Of a stretch of 64,000 bases of DNA, positions 34,895-45,900 are shown in pieces. The notes beneath the pieces are model-generated. The model was not told where the DNA came from, did no database searches, and saw nothing but the letters and a program-made list of their open reading frames with translations. Both the position numbers and the translations under genes were made by a program. The stretch is from Sporopachydermia quercuum (taxonomy: Eukaryota): assembly GCA_001599295.1 (NCBI GenBank), contig BCGN01000008.1:372001-436000 (forward strand). The letters run 5' to 3'. Positions within the stretch are counted from its first letter, which is position 1; each line of letters begins with the position of its first letter.

Positions 34895-35763
34895 TGTTTG
34901 ACACTGCAATAATATGTTCAACAATAGGACTCCCTTTTTTCTATCCTNTTTTTATGCAAATGTTGAATGTCTCCTTTGATGCTTTTCTGTTTTACTACTA
35001 TGTTGATTTAAACTTCTCGAATGTAGATATAGAACAGTCGATTAAGACCTACTCTGTACTGACATCCTGTAGCACTCACTACCTATGAGCTGCCCCAGCT
35101 TGTTCAACTGCAATAGGTATATACTTATAATCCAGACAGTAACAGTACTCTTCCCTCAAGACCAAAGCGTATTACCAGAATATATATGTATTTTACTTAA
35201 AGGTTGTCTTTCCACTTATTTCATAACCCTTATCAATCTTGCTTCTATCAGAGCCGAACCAGGAAGCCACGGTTTGGTTATTTCACCTAATCTATAAATA
35301 AGGTTTCGAGGCCAAGGTAAATCGAATAACCAATGTTACTATTCAATGGGAAAAATGTAAGAATGAGCAAAAATAGTGGACAATAACGGGAGTTAAGAAG
35401 AAGAAAAACAGCGGGATTTTACTAAAAGCTGAAGAATATTCTGCTAGAATGTGATTCATGAATCAGCCGTTTGATAGGAAGTTGAGTAATGACTTAAATA
35501 TCAGTGGTGGTAGATGGAAGAGATAACTGTGCATTCTAATTACGTGCGTAGGAATTAAAATAGCGATTATTTTAGAACCTTTATAGGCACTCTTTTTCTT
35601 TATATTGAGCTCCATTAGCTTCAGTCAATAGAACTGAGCTAGTGCTTTAGATTATTCTGTTGAAGTCACATTAAATCACTTCCCCACTTCATCCACTGGT
35701 CAAGAAGTATATGTCTCGAATAAAGTTAATGGAAAGTTTCCTGATTCAGATAGATACCGTACA

Positions 35764-35771
35764 ATCACGTG
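35764..35771 (+). promoter_or_regulatory. RTCACGTG E-box (Cbf1/bHLH-type) upstream of PRO3
   Basis: ATCACGTG about 300 bp upstream of the PRO3 ATG; a single short motif. Confidence 0.3.
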
Positions 35772-36070
35772 GTGTACTTTCTTTATTGTGGTCTCGGACA
35801 TAAATAATCAAAGTTTGGATTAGATGCATTACACTGCATAATCAGACAGCAATCCTACGTCCTAATTTCAATAGANTGGAGATGATTTTATAATCAAAAA
35901 ATAATGTTCTACTTAAGGTAAAAATAAATTTCCAACTTCGTTCTGTTCAGATATCTGGCAATGAGCAGAAGATTCAAATGAAATGTTGAGATGAAAAAAT
36001 CAGCATATACAATAGTTGAATCTTGAAATTCTATCTGTATATATAATTTATCTCATACACTTTAGCTACA

Positions 36071-36952
36071 ATGGTTTTGGAAATTAAGGACAACTACACA
36101 TTTTGTGTTTTGGGATGCGGTGTCATGGGTTCAGCAGTTCTCAATGCTGTTATTTCCAATGTTGAGGCGGCTAGAAGTCAAGGATCCAAAGCTCCTTTAC
36201 CCGGGAAATACATTGCAACCACTAAAGGTAAAGAATCCGTTGAACTTGTTAAAAAGCAATTTGCTAGTAGCTTTGAAAAAAATGACTTGAGCATCTACGA
36301 TGGTGATAATGAAAAGGCTATTGCACAATCAGATATTGTGTTGTTATCCTGTAAACCTTTCATGACAGACGCTATTTTGAAAGCAATCGATCCTGAGGTT
36401 CTTAAGGGAAAATTGATTATGAGTTTGGTTGCAGGAAAGACTTTAGATCAATTAAATGATTTGACTAACAATGGTGCTTTAATCTGTAGAGTTATGACCA
36501 ATACTCCAGCAAAGATTAGTGAAGGAATGGCAGTTGTTTCTTTCCCACCAGTTGAAGTATCAGAATCCGCTCAAGAAGCTGTTTTATGGATTTTCAACCA
36601 AACTGGAAGATGNTTGATTATGGATGAAAAACATATGGATGCTTTCACTTCTTTAGTTGGTAGTGGACCTGCTTTCTGTATGATGATGATGGAAGCTATG
36701 ATCGATGGTGGAATTAGAATGGGAATTCCTTACAATGTTGCTCGCGAATGTGCAGCTCAAGTTATGGCTGGTACTGGAAAACTTGTTTTGGACAGTAATG
36801 ATCATCCTGCTGCTTTGAGAGCTGCTGTGTGCACCCCTGGTGGAACAACAATTGGTGGTCTGTTGGTTATGGAAGATGGAAAGGTGAGATCGTCTGTCGC
36901 CAGAGCTGTTGAAGAAGCTGCTAACATTGCAACTTCTCTCGGTAAGAAATAA
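36071..36952 (+). CDS. PRO3: Delta-1-pyrroline-5-carboxylate reductase
   Basis: Rossmann LGCGVMG, RVMTNTPA, GSGPAF, VCTPGGTTIGGL motifs. Confidence 0.97.
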   Translation: MVLEIKDNYTFCVLGCGVMGSAVLNAVISNVEAARSQGSKAPLPGKYIATTKGKESVELVKKQFASSFEKNDLSIYDGDNEKAIAQSDIVLLSCKPFMTDAILKAIDPEVLKGKLIMSLVAGKTLDQLNDLTNNGALICRVMTNTPAKISEGMAVVSFPPVEVSESAQEAVLWIFNQTGRXLIMDEKHMDAFTSLVGSGPAFCMMMMEAMIDGGIRMGIPYNVARECAAQVMAGTGKLVLDSNDHPAALRAAVCTPGGTTIGGLLVMEDGKVRSSVARAVEEAANIATSLGKK

Positions 36953-37269
36953 ATATCAAACCAGATTTCAAAATTTAATTCTTGTTAATATAATTCACTA
37001 TATAGAGAAATAAGCTCACATCTGTACAAACAAATTACTTCTGAGGTACTATCATGACTTCAACTGTCAGCTGGTCCTTATCTTGGCTCATCATCTTTTT
37101 TCTTTTCTTTCGCTTTTCTTATAGCATTTATACGTAAATTACCAGTTTCTTTGCTTTTCCATTTTTCTCTCTTCCATTATAAAGTATATAACTAATCCGT
37201 CTTTTACTTTTCTACTTAGAATTCATCATTTCCGTCATTATTCTCTGCTCTACCGTCCTAACATCGCGA

Positions 37270-37357
37270 CTCATCTCCTCTACCCCGTCTCCGGTTACCT
37301 ACCAAATCACGTTCCGGACTTTACTCCCAATTAGGTTACCATACTAATGAAAATTTT
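37270..37357. promoter_or_regulatory. PAC and RRPE ribosome-biogenesis promoter elements of ESF2
   Basis: CTCATC (GATGAG reversed) at 37270-37275 and TGAAAATTTT at 37348-37357, upstream of a ribosome biogenesis gene. Confidence 0.55.
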
Positions 37358-37634
37358 ATTCCCCTAAGAAAAAATTCTAGAATGCAAGAAGGTTATCCAT
37401 TATTTAACTCTTATCTGTGTATCTGTTCATGAATTGATATGAAAAGAGTAGTTTATAAACGAATTATAACGTGCTTTATTATCATAACTTGAAACCATTT
37501 ATGTCTCAATCATTCGTTCTATCTGACTGCATATGATTTTTAATTGATATCATTGAGTTTTTTCTCTCTTATTAATATCATCACTTCTCCTCGTTGTTTT
37601 TGTCACTGAGGTACATTTCACTTTTTTCATAACA

Positions 37635-38756
37635 ATGGTAACAAGGAGCGGGCGACTCAAAGCCGTTGATTTTCTCCCTGCATCTGATTCAAATTCTGAA
37701 AGCGAATCAGAAAATGAAAACCAGAAAATAGAAAGAAAACATGAGAAGAACCATACTGCTGACGTTCTAATGGGAATGGTTGAAGATGAATCTGATTCCG
37801 ACAAGGACATCAGCCAGGAAGAAGATGAGAAATTCGATAAAAGTGTAGGAGACTCGAGGTTTAAAATAACAGAAGATTTCAAAGAGAGCTCTTCAGGTAA
37901 AGAGAAACGTTTGGATGTATTTGGAGTCGAGTCTGACGAGGAACAAGAAGAGGATTATGATGATGATGAGGATATGGGAATAACGAAGAGAAATGAGTCT
38001 AAAGAGTTATTTCATGTTGCCAATGATGAGGTTGATGGAGTCAATGACGATGAAGGCAGCAAGAAGTCTAAAGAGAACAAAAATAGTAAGGCGCCTGTTA
38101 CGGCAGAAGAGGCTGAAAAATTAAGAAGAAAAATCAAACGTACTGGTGTGGTATATATATCAAGAATACCTCCTTATATGAAACCAGCAAAACTACGGCA
38201 AATCCTATCACGATTCGGTGAAGTTGATAGAATTTATATGACACCAGAAGATCCTAAAGTATACGCTAGAAGAGTTAAATCCGGTGGTAACAAGAAGAAA
38301 TGCTTCACTGAAGGTTGGGCAGAATTTAAACGGAAGAAAGATGCTAAGATTGCTGTAGCAACTTTAAACGGTAACATAATAGGCGGTCGAAAAGGTTCAT
38401 ATTATTACGATGATATTATGAATGTCAAATATTTACCGAAGTTCAAATGGAATAATTTGACTGAACAAATTGCTTANGAAACTCAAGCGAGACAGCATAA
38501 ATTAAGAGCTGAATTAGAACAAGCTCAAAGAGAGAACAGTTCGTTTATTAAGAATGTTGAAAAGTCGAAGATGATCAATAAAATGAAAGAAAAACAAAAA
38601 AGTAAGAATACGGAATTGGAAGTATCTTCAAATGACGTTGAGATTAGGAGAATGTTTGAACAACGCAAGGTAGCATCATCAAGATCAGATGCTCCTTCAC
38701 ATCATAAGGCGGAGTTGAATGAGAAGATCTCCAATGTTTTAAATAAAGTATTTTAG
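37635..38756 (+). CDS. ESF2: Pre-rRNA processing protein Esf2 (ABT1 family, RRM)
   Basis: TGVVYISRIPPYMKP, FTEGWAEF, YYDDIMNVKYLPKFKW motifs; acidic N-terminus. Confidence 0.96.
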   Translation: MVTRSGRLKAVDFLPASDSNSESESENENQKIERKHEKNHTADVLMGMVEDESDSDKDISQEEDEKFDKSVGDSRFKITEDFKESSSGKEKRLDVFGVESDEEQEEDYDDDEDMGITKRNESKELFHVANDEVDGVNDDEGSKKSKENKNSKAPVTAEEAEKLRRKIKRTGVVYISRIPPYMKPAKLRQILSRFGEVDRIYMTPEDPKVYARRVKSGGNKKKCFTEGWAEFKRKKDAKIAVATLNGNIIGGRKGSYYYDDIMNVKYLPKFKWNNLTEQIAXETQARQHKLRAELEQAQRENSSFIKNVEKSKMINKMKEKQKSKNTELEVSSNDVEIRRMFEQRKVASSRSDAPSHHKAELNEKISNVLNKVF

Positions 38757-39027
38757 ATGATCCACGTTGGAATAATGATGAATACAGTAAATATGTTAGT
38801 AATTTCAAAAAAATGATTGATTCTTATGTATCATGCATTTATCATACATCGGTGCTTATGATTTCCTGCTAAGTACCCATATTAATGAGAAATGAGTAAA
38901 TCTACAATGTTCATTTCATTAACACTAGTTATATGAGGAGGTATACATGGTATTATTTTATTATATGTACAAGTGGCCTACAATTATTCTCATTATCTTC
39001 TACTTCTTTCTTCTCGTTGTCCTTCGT

Positions 39028-42000
39028 TCATGCTGCTAATACTATTTTACCTTCAGCCAAATTCAATTCTACAACATTCTTGGTAACCAACTTCTGTCCA
39101 ACATCAAATTCAAGCTTCCTTCCCATAGTGTCTTCCATAACTAGTAATTCTCCTGAGATTCCCCAATCTAATAGCAAAACCTTTTGACTTTTCTCAACAA
39201 TTGGCTGTGTAACTAGTAAATTGAATTCCAGTTTCTGGTTGAACTCAATCATCCTCCTTCTAATCTCATATATACACCAGAATAATTTGGAATTATTTTC
39301 AAGCTGTTTGGCCATTGCTTGCTGTGTGGACAAATAATCAGCCGCTGATATAATTAATGACATAGGAAATATAGCATTAGCTGATGATGTGTCACCACTC
39401 TTTGACAATAAGAATTTGTGAATTTGACGATGACTGATAACGTCAGTAAAACGTCTCAATGGTGAAGTTCCATGCATATATCCTGATAACCCCAATACTT
39501 CATGGCCTTTGGGATAATGATCAGATGTCACCCCATTAAACAACCGAAACATTTTAGCAAGCGCTTCAATATCTAATGACCCATCTTGATTTCTTGTTTG
39601 AAGTATTTTATCAAAGTAAAACTTCAAAGCATCTTTTTCCTCTGTCCGTACCATAGAAAGATTCCTATAAATACCAGGAATTGAATTTTTCTTGAAAAAC
39701 CTTGCATTGATATGATTTGCAAGAATCATCAAATCAGCCACCAAATTTNTNGATGGTGTCATATTCACTTTTTTCACAACTACTTCAGGTGGCTTCTTAT
39801 TCAGCATCTCAACAATACTTTTCTCAAAGAATTTGTGACTTGAGCCATCATGGAAGGCTATTTCGTTTGTCTCCAAAACATTCAATTGCTCTTTCAAATG
39901 AACAGATGCTTGACTTGATGGAAATCCAAATCCACCGTTTCTCATTCTCAATTCTTTAAACTTCGTGCCAACTGTCTTCAAATCTAATATATCCTGAACT
40001 ACGTTAGGGTCAGCATCAGTAGCTTTTCCTTCTAATATTTCATCAACATAATCATAAGTTAGCTTTGAGAACTTCTTTGTATACCCAGGAACAATTCTAG
40101 TATTCTTCAAATCAAATGCAAGAGCAGGATCCTTCTGGTTAGGATTGAAGTTTACTATGTAACACATTGACCGTGTTTTTTTGTCATCGATTCCCATGTT
40201 AGCTGCATCAACTAAAGCTTTGGGGAACATCGGTATAATTCCTTCGGGTAAATAAGTGGTAGTGCCTCTTTTATAACCAATCTTGAAAACAGTATCTTCC
40301 GGCTCAATAAATGAAGCAGGATCAGCAATATGAATTTGAATCTCCCACTTTACTTTATCGATTTTCCTGATGGATATACCATCATCAATCTCATGTGCTG
40401 ATGAATCGTCAATACAATAAACGGGAATAGTAGTGAAATCTTCACGAATAGATGCAAGAGGGTCCTTTCTATTCAACAACTCTTCTTTCATTATTTGGTA
40501 GTATTCCTGTTCTCTATCACATTTAAGAGAAGTTCCCATAAATGGTAAAGGCATTTGCTGATCATAATAGTTGAGGTTAATATAATTAGGAATATAGCCA
40601 AGATGTACTAAGAAATTTCTACATCTTTGACGATCGATATCCTTACCTTTGAAAAATGGTAGTTTCTTTAGCAGCAACGCAATTAAAGATACTGTGATTT
40701 TTTCTGACTCATCAATGTTCCCACAAGCATAATCTTTAATAAGTTCTAGAACATCTAAGTAAGCCATTTTATACTTCTTAGCTATATTAAATACATTCGC
40801 TTGTGATTCAGTGATTGAAGTCTTAGGATTACCATAAGAAACTAAAGAATTCTCAGCTTTTTCTCGTACAGCAGCTACGCCGTTTTCCCTCTCGCAATCA
40901 AGAATGAATTTTCCAAATGTTGAATGACTACCATGGTTATCATTTCTTATAAGATTCAATACATCAAGCCTCTTACGAGTAACACTCAAAGGAACAATAG
41001 TGACAAATCTTGGAGTGTCACTATGATACTTGTCAATTACAAATAAATCAGCATTCTTCAATAAAGCAAGATACAACGCATAAAAACTTGAATAGTCAAT
41101 TGTCTCATGAAATTCAACTGACGATGAAGATATTTGTTCACCCAACAATTCCATACTTTCATCATCATTCAAAGTTCTCTTCAGGATTTCAAAAACATCA
41201 CCATTGTTTGGACTACCAGTTTTAGATTCCTTTTTTAAATGATCAATATCTAAAACTTGAACCATNTGATACAATTTCAAAATACTAAGTCTTCTAGGAG
41301 AATTCCACGATTGAGTAGCCCTATGAATCAACTCTAACTTTTTACCAACAACGGTCACATCTTGCCATGCACTTATAATCAGTTTTCTTAATGGCTGGCA
41401 TACAAACGTTTTAGCTACTTCTGGTACAATAAATGTTGGATCCTTCTTTAGCATATCTTCATTGAATCTATTTGTAGCATTAGCAAAGAAGAACTCATCA
41501 TTTGATTGCTCTGGTGCATTATTATCTGGTTCTGGTATATCGCCTGTACTCCTGTCTTCTGCTCCATCTAATCTCTCCATATTGTTATTCATTTTGTCAT
41601 CAGGTCCAACTGTAAGTCTCAACCGTGCTTTGGCATCAGGTACTAGCCTTGAAGTACCAATAGGAAAATGACCAGGAATAATTGTTTCTTGAACAACAGA
41701 GTTCATAAGAACTTTCTCAGGTAAAAACTTTGGTAACCTCAGTCTAATAACGTTTCGATTGACAAATCTAACTGCTCCGTTAAAAAGAATAACTGTATAT
41801 CGTAAATCTAAAGGTTCTTCACCGAGAGTACTACCCTTTTCATGGTTGGCTGATGTATTTTTAGCTAAATGCACTGTAGGAAGTTTAGCTATTACTCCTA
41901 ATGCTGGCTCAGCAATAATATCAGAACATTCAACCAAATCACCAACATTTGGTTCATCATATAAGTCTCGAACTGAAAACTGTAATGCCGGATCTACTGT

Positions 42001-42408
42001 TCTATCACGATCATAACTTGATCCGTAGTTTCTTGACACATGCTTTCTATCTCGAATCAACTGAGCAATGGAAAAAGGATCCACGTCGGGAAATGTACTT
42101 CTAATCCATTTTCCAGACAACACTTTTCTCGTCTGTTCCTTCCTGTCTTCCATTTCATGGAAAATGTTTGTAAAGCTTTTAGTATTAGGATTCATGACAT
42201 TCATCAATTCAATCTCACCTGCCAGCTTTTCGTTCTCTGTCAACTGTGGCACATTTCCCGCTTGAGTTCTCACAGATCCACTATGGATTCTCCGTAATTG
42301 TTGGTAATAAGCTGGACATTGCAACCTTGGTGAAATATGAACACTATCCAATAACCATATAGGCTGTCGTAGTTTACACCTTCCACCGGAGTGGCTTAAC
42401 CTCAACAT
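39028..42408 (-). CDS. DSS1: Mitochondrial degradosome 3'-5' exoribonuclease (RNase II/RNB family)
   Basis: Catalytic YCIDDSSAHEIDDGIS, IHIADP, TSPLRRFTD; basic, non-acidic N-terminus resembling a mitochondrial presequence. Confidence 0.92.
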   Translation of the reverse strand: MLRLSHSGGRCKLRQPIWLLDSVHISPRLQCPAYYQQLRRIHSGSVRTQAGNVPQLTENEKLAGEIELMNVMNPNTKSFTNIFHEMEDRKEQTRKVLSGKWIRSTFPDVDPFSIAQLIRDRKHVSRNYGSSYDRDRTVDPALQFSVRDLYDEPNVGDLVECSDIIAEPALGVIAKLPTVHLAKNTSANHEKGSTLGEEPLDLRYTVILFNGAVRFVNRNVIRLRLPKFLPEKVLMNSVVQETIIPGHFPIGTSRLVPDAKARLRLTVGPDDKMNNNMERLDGAEDRSTGDIPEPDNNAPEQSNDEFFFANATNRFNEDMLKKDPTFIVPEVAKTFVCQPLRKLIISAWQDVTVVGKKLELIHRATQSWNSPRRLSILKLYXMVQVLDIDHLKKESKTGSPNNGDVFEILKRTLNDDESMELLGEQISSSSVEFHETIDYSSFYALYLALLKNADLFVIDKYHSDTPRFVTIVPLSVTRKRLDVLNLIRNDNHGSHSTFGKFILDCERENGVAAVREKAENSLVSYGNPKTSITESQANVFNIAKKYKMAYLDVLELIKDYACGNIDESEKITVSLIALLLKKLPFFKGKDIDRQRCRNFLVHLGYIPNYINLNYYDQQMPLPFMGTSLKCDREQEYYQIMKEELLNRKDPLASIREDFTTIPVYCIDDSSAHEIDDGISIRKIDKVKWEIQIHIADPASFIEPEDTVFKIGYKRGTTTYLPEGIIPMFPKALVDAANMGIDDKKTRSMCYIVNFNPNQKDPALAFDLKNTRIVPGYTKKFSKLTYDYVDEILEGKATDADPNVVQDILDLKTVGTKFKELRMRNGGFGFPSSQASVHLKEQLNVLETNEIAFHDGSSHKFFEKSIVEMLNKKPPEVVVKKVNMTPXXNLVADLMILANHINARFFKKNSIPGIYRNLSMVRTEEKDALKFYFDKILQTRNQDGSLDIEALAKMFRLFNGVTSDHYPKGHEVLGLSGYMHGTSPLRRFTDVISHRQIHKFLLSKSGDTSSANAIFPMSLIISAADYLSTQQAMAKQLENNSKLFWCIYEIRRRMIEFNQKLEFNLLVTQPIVEKSQKVLLLDWGISGELLVMEDTMGRKLEFDVGQKLVTKNVVELNLAEGKIVLAA

Positions 42409-42915
42409 GATGATATCAAATTGATCTACAGGAATTTCCTCATTTAAGTTCTTGTGACAAACAAATAGCTGTTACCTTTATAAACAAATCAAGAAATCGT
42501 ATAAGTTAAGCTTCAANTGCTAATACCAACAAGAAATGCAACATACTAGCTATCTTATGGATTGAGGAGCTATTTGATAACGAACACTTACAATGATACA
42601 GATACTCTCTATCAATAGTTTTTCATGAGGTGAAATTTCATTTTATGAAATTTTACGATTCGGCTCTTTATGTGTCTCAATATAGATGGTACATTACATA
42701 AAATTCTGTTCACCAGAGGGGTAGAAAAGAGATTACGAATTATATTCTCCGTTATTTGTTCTATCGTTTCCGAGACTTTAGACTTNCATATTGAAGGGAA
42801 CGGCAAATTCTCTACGATAAGAGGAAAGGAAATTAATAATTTTAACATTATACAAAAAAAACCAACTTGTATCCCATTATTGTATAAATAAAAATCAATG
42901 AAATCATAACATTAA

Positions 42916-42937
42916 ATCACACATCACACATCACATC
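42916..42937. repeat. Short 7-nt tandem repeat (ATCACAC, about 3 copies) 3' of the ABC transporter
   Basis: atcacacatcacacatcacatc. Confidence 0.6.
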
Positions 42938-42956
42938 CTCATTAAAAACAGATCTC

Positions 42957-45900
42957 TCACTGTTCCTGAGCTTTTCCCTTGTGGAACAAGGATTTGACAG
43001 ATACTCCAGATCTGCCAGATTTTCCAGATTGCCGTGTCATTTCTCTCTCTATAGTTTGTTGACGAATTAAATCTTGCTCAGCCTCCGACTTTTTTTCATT
43101 CTTCACTCTATTCTTAGATTTAGGAACTCTTGCTAACCAATACAAGAAAATTGCAAACGCATAATTAATAAAGATGTAACAAATAAAGATTCCAAAATCT
43201 CTCCATCTTCTATCATAATAAATTCCTACCGACTGCAAAAAGATATTGGTTTCAGACATTGAGCAGAATTGGCACAATGTAGTGTTAGACGGATCTGCAA
43301 CATAACCACCAACAGTATCAACATATGGAGCAATATAATCGCCACATGTTAAACCATCAGCTGGAGCAAATTCAACCAACTCCGTTTCTCTACAAATGAC
43401 TGGTGCATTTGCGACGCCTGTTGCGAAGATACCCCCTACCAAGTATGTGAATGGTGAACATCTATACATAAAAATCCAGAATCCAGGCAAACTACTAGGA
43501 CCAGCCAACACACCACAAAATGTAATACACATGACGAAGAGTAAACTTGCTAAATTACCGGCGTTATCAGCAATTTCCATACCAGCAACACAAGCTTGAC
43601 CTAACGAAATGGTATAGATATAGAAAGCAGTCACAAGTAACCACATTAAGACTCCACGTTCAGTAACAGAATCAGTTAAAGAAGCATTGTTATAGAATCC
43701 GACAGGATAATACCAGCAGAAAAAAGCAGCAGTACCGCAAATGATCTGATAAGGGATTTCAACGGTGATTTGAGCAAGAATAAACGCCTTCCAAGAGAAT
43801 GTCTTGGAAGGTCTTTCTCTTGCTTCATATAAATCTCTTTGACTGACAAAATATGGCAACATTTGATCAATCATAGTACCGAAAGTGATGAAGAACATGA
43901 AGATAGAGAACATTTGATTTTGAAGACCTTGCAATGAGTTATCAGCCTTGAAAAATGAAAACCCATTAAACAATGAAGCTGCAATAGTGAGAAGCACCTT
44001 TGACCAAATATATGAAGGAGATCTCCAATATTGCTCAAAAGCACGTTTCAAAACGATCTTATACTGAGTTAATAAGGAAGCAGCAAATTCTTTGTTATGT
44101 TCACTATGAGCAGATTGATCAACAGGGATCTTAATTAATTCCCTTTCCATGTTTTCAAGTTCAAGAAGAACCTCTTGACGTTCTTCAGAATCCAACCAGA
44201 CTTCATGATAATCCCTTTCAGCTTTAGATCCAGGGGCAGCACCAATAACTTCAAGCATCCATTCTGCAGGATTGGCTTGAGGTGGACAAGGATGAGCACC
44301 ATTGCGTTCAAAGTAGTCAATAAGAATTTGGCAGTTTTCACCTAAATCACCAAAGTAAATAGTTTTACCTCCTTTAGCCAGAAATAATAAACGGTCGAAT
44401 TCTTTAAGTAAAATAGCAGATGGTTGATGAATAGTACATAAAATAGCCTGTCCATTATTTGCAAGTTTTCTCATTAATTGACAGATAGACCAAGCAGTTT
44501 GAGAGTCTAAACCTGATGTTGGTTCATCCAAGAATAACAATAATTGAGGTTTAGCTGCCATCTCAACGCCAATTGTTAGTCGTTTACGTTGTTCAACATT
44601 CAAACCTTCACCGGCAACACCAACAATAGCATCAGCATACTTTTCCATTTCCAAAATCTTAATAACATTTTCGACATAACTATCCTTTTCTTCACGAGAA
44701 ACACTGGGAGCTTGCCTCAAATAGGCAGAAAATCTTAAAGCTTCACGAACTGTCGACGTTTCTAAATGCAAATCTTGTTGTTGCACGTAACCGGTAGATC
44801 TTTGAAACGAAGAATCTCTAAGACGGCCATTAACAAACATATCACCAGAAACAACACCCATAGTAACTCTATTGGCAAGAACATCTAATAGGGTGGTTTT
44901 ACCTGCACCAGATGCCCCCATAAGTGCAGTTAAGGTACCCGGTTTTACCCAACCATCGACACCGCTAAGAATTCTTCTTGTTTCTTTCTTGATTTTGATG
45001 TCGTAACAAACATTTCTCCAATGGAAAATATCAGTCCCAGCTGACAGTTCGGCTACACCCTCATCAATAGCTTGACCTTCTTGGGTAGTGATTTCTTTCT
45101 CAAGAGCAATGCTTTCGATGTCATTGATGTTCACATTCTTATTTTGTTTGCGAAGCTTTCTCAAAGTTGATCTCTGAAACAACAAACGTTCCCCTTTTTG
45201 CATGGCAGAATGATTGTATTCAACAAGAACTAAGTACAAAAAGAAGAAAGCAACAACAAATGAGAGAACTATACCCCAGTTACGCCATTTGTTCTTGTTG
45301 TAATAGTCATATGTTACAGCCAAGTACCTAGATCCACTAACTGTAGATTCACCTATGACTGCTCCTGTAACAGAACAAACTTGATTATCAGGTTGCAATC
45401 CAGTAAACGACGGTCCTTGAGGTATGAAATCTGAACATGGAAAATCTAAACCTGCGAACTCATTAGTCATAAGTGCCTCAAAAGCATAACCGATAGGATT
45501 AAGGTAATTGATCCATCTAGACCAGCCAAGCATACTGGGTGTTGGAATAGCAAAACCAGCATAAATAGTCAAAGCCAATAAAAAGACAGCAGCGGGAGTC
45601 ATAGAGGAAGCCAAACTTTTTGATCCAGCGCCAATACAACGGAAAATATGAGACATAGATAAAGTAGCAGTAATCATCATCAAAAAGTAAAAGAAGAATC
45701 GCCCAGGATTACGACGAAAGTTAACCATAAAGTAAAAAACAAGATTAAATCCAACAGAAGTCAGTAATTTGGGTGGTAGTTCTGTAACAATTGATGACAT
45801 GGCTTGAGCAGCAGGATGGTACATGGCATAAGTTTTATGCTTCTCCACAATAGGCCTTGATTCATATAATGAGAGAATTTCTAATATTGAGGAGAAAGCA

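Noticed and set aside
38956..39027. Open frame of 24 codons after the DSS1 stop (possible readthrough)
   Set aside because: TGA-ACG is not a known leaky context; purine-rich UTR explains the open frame.
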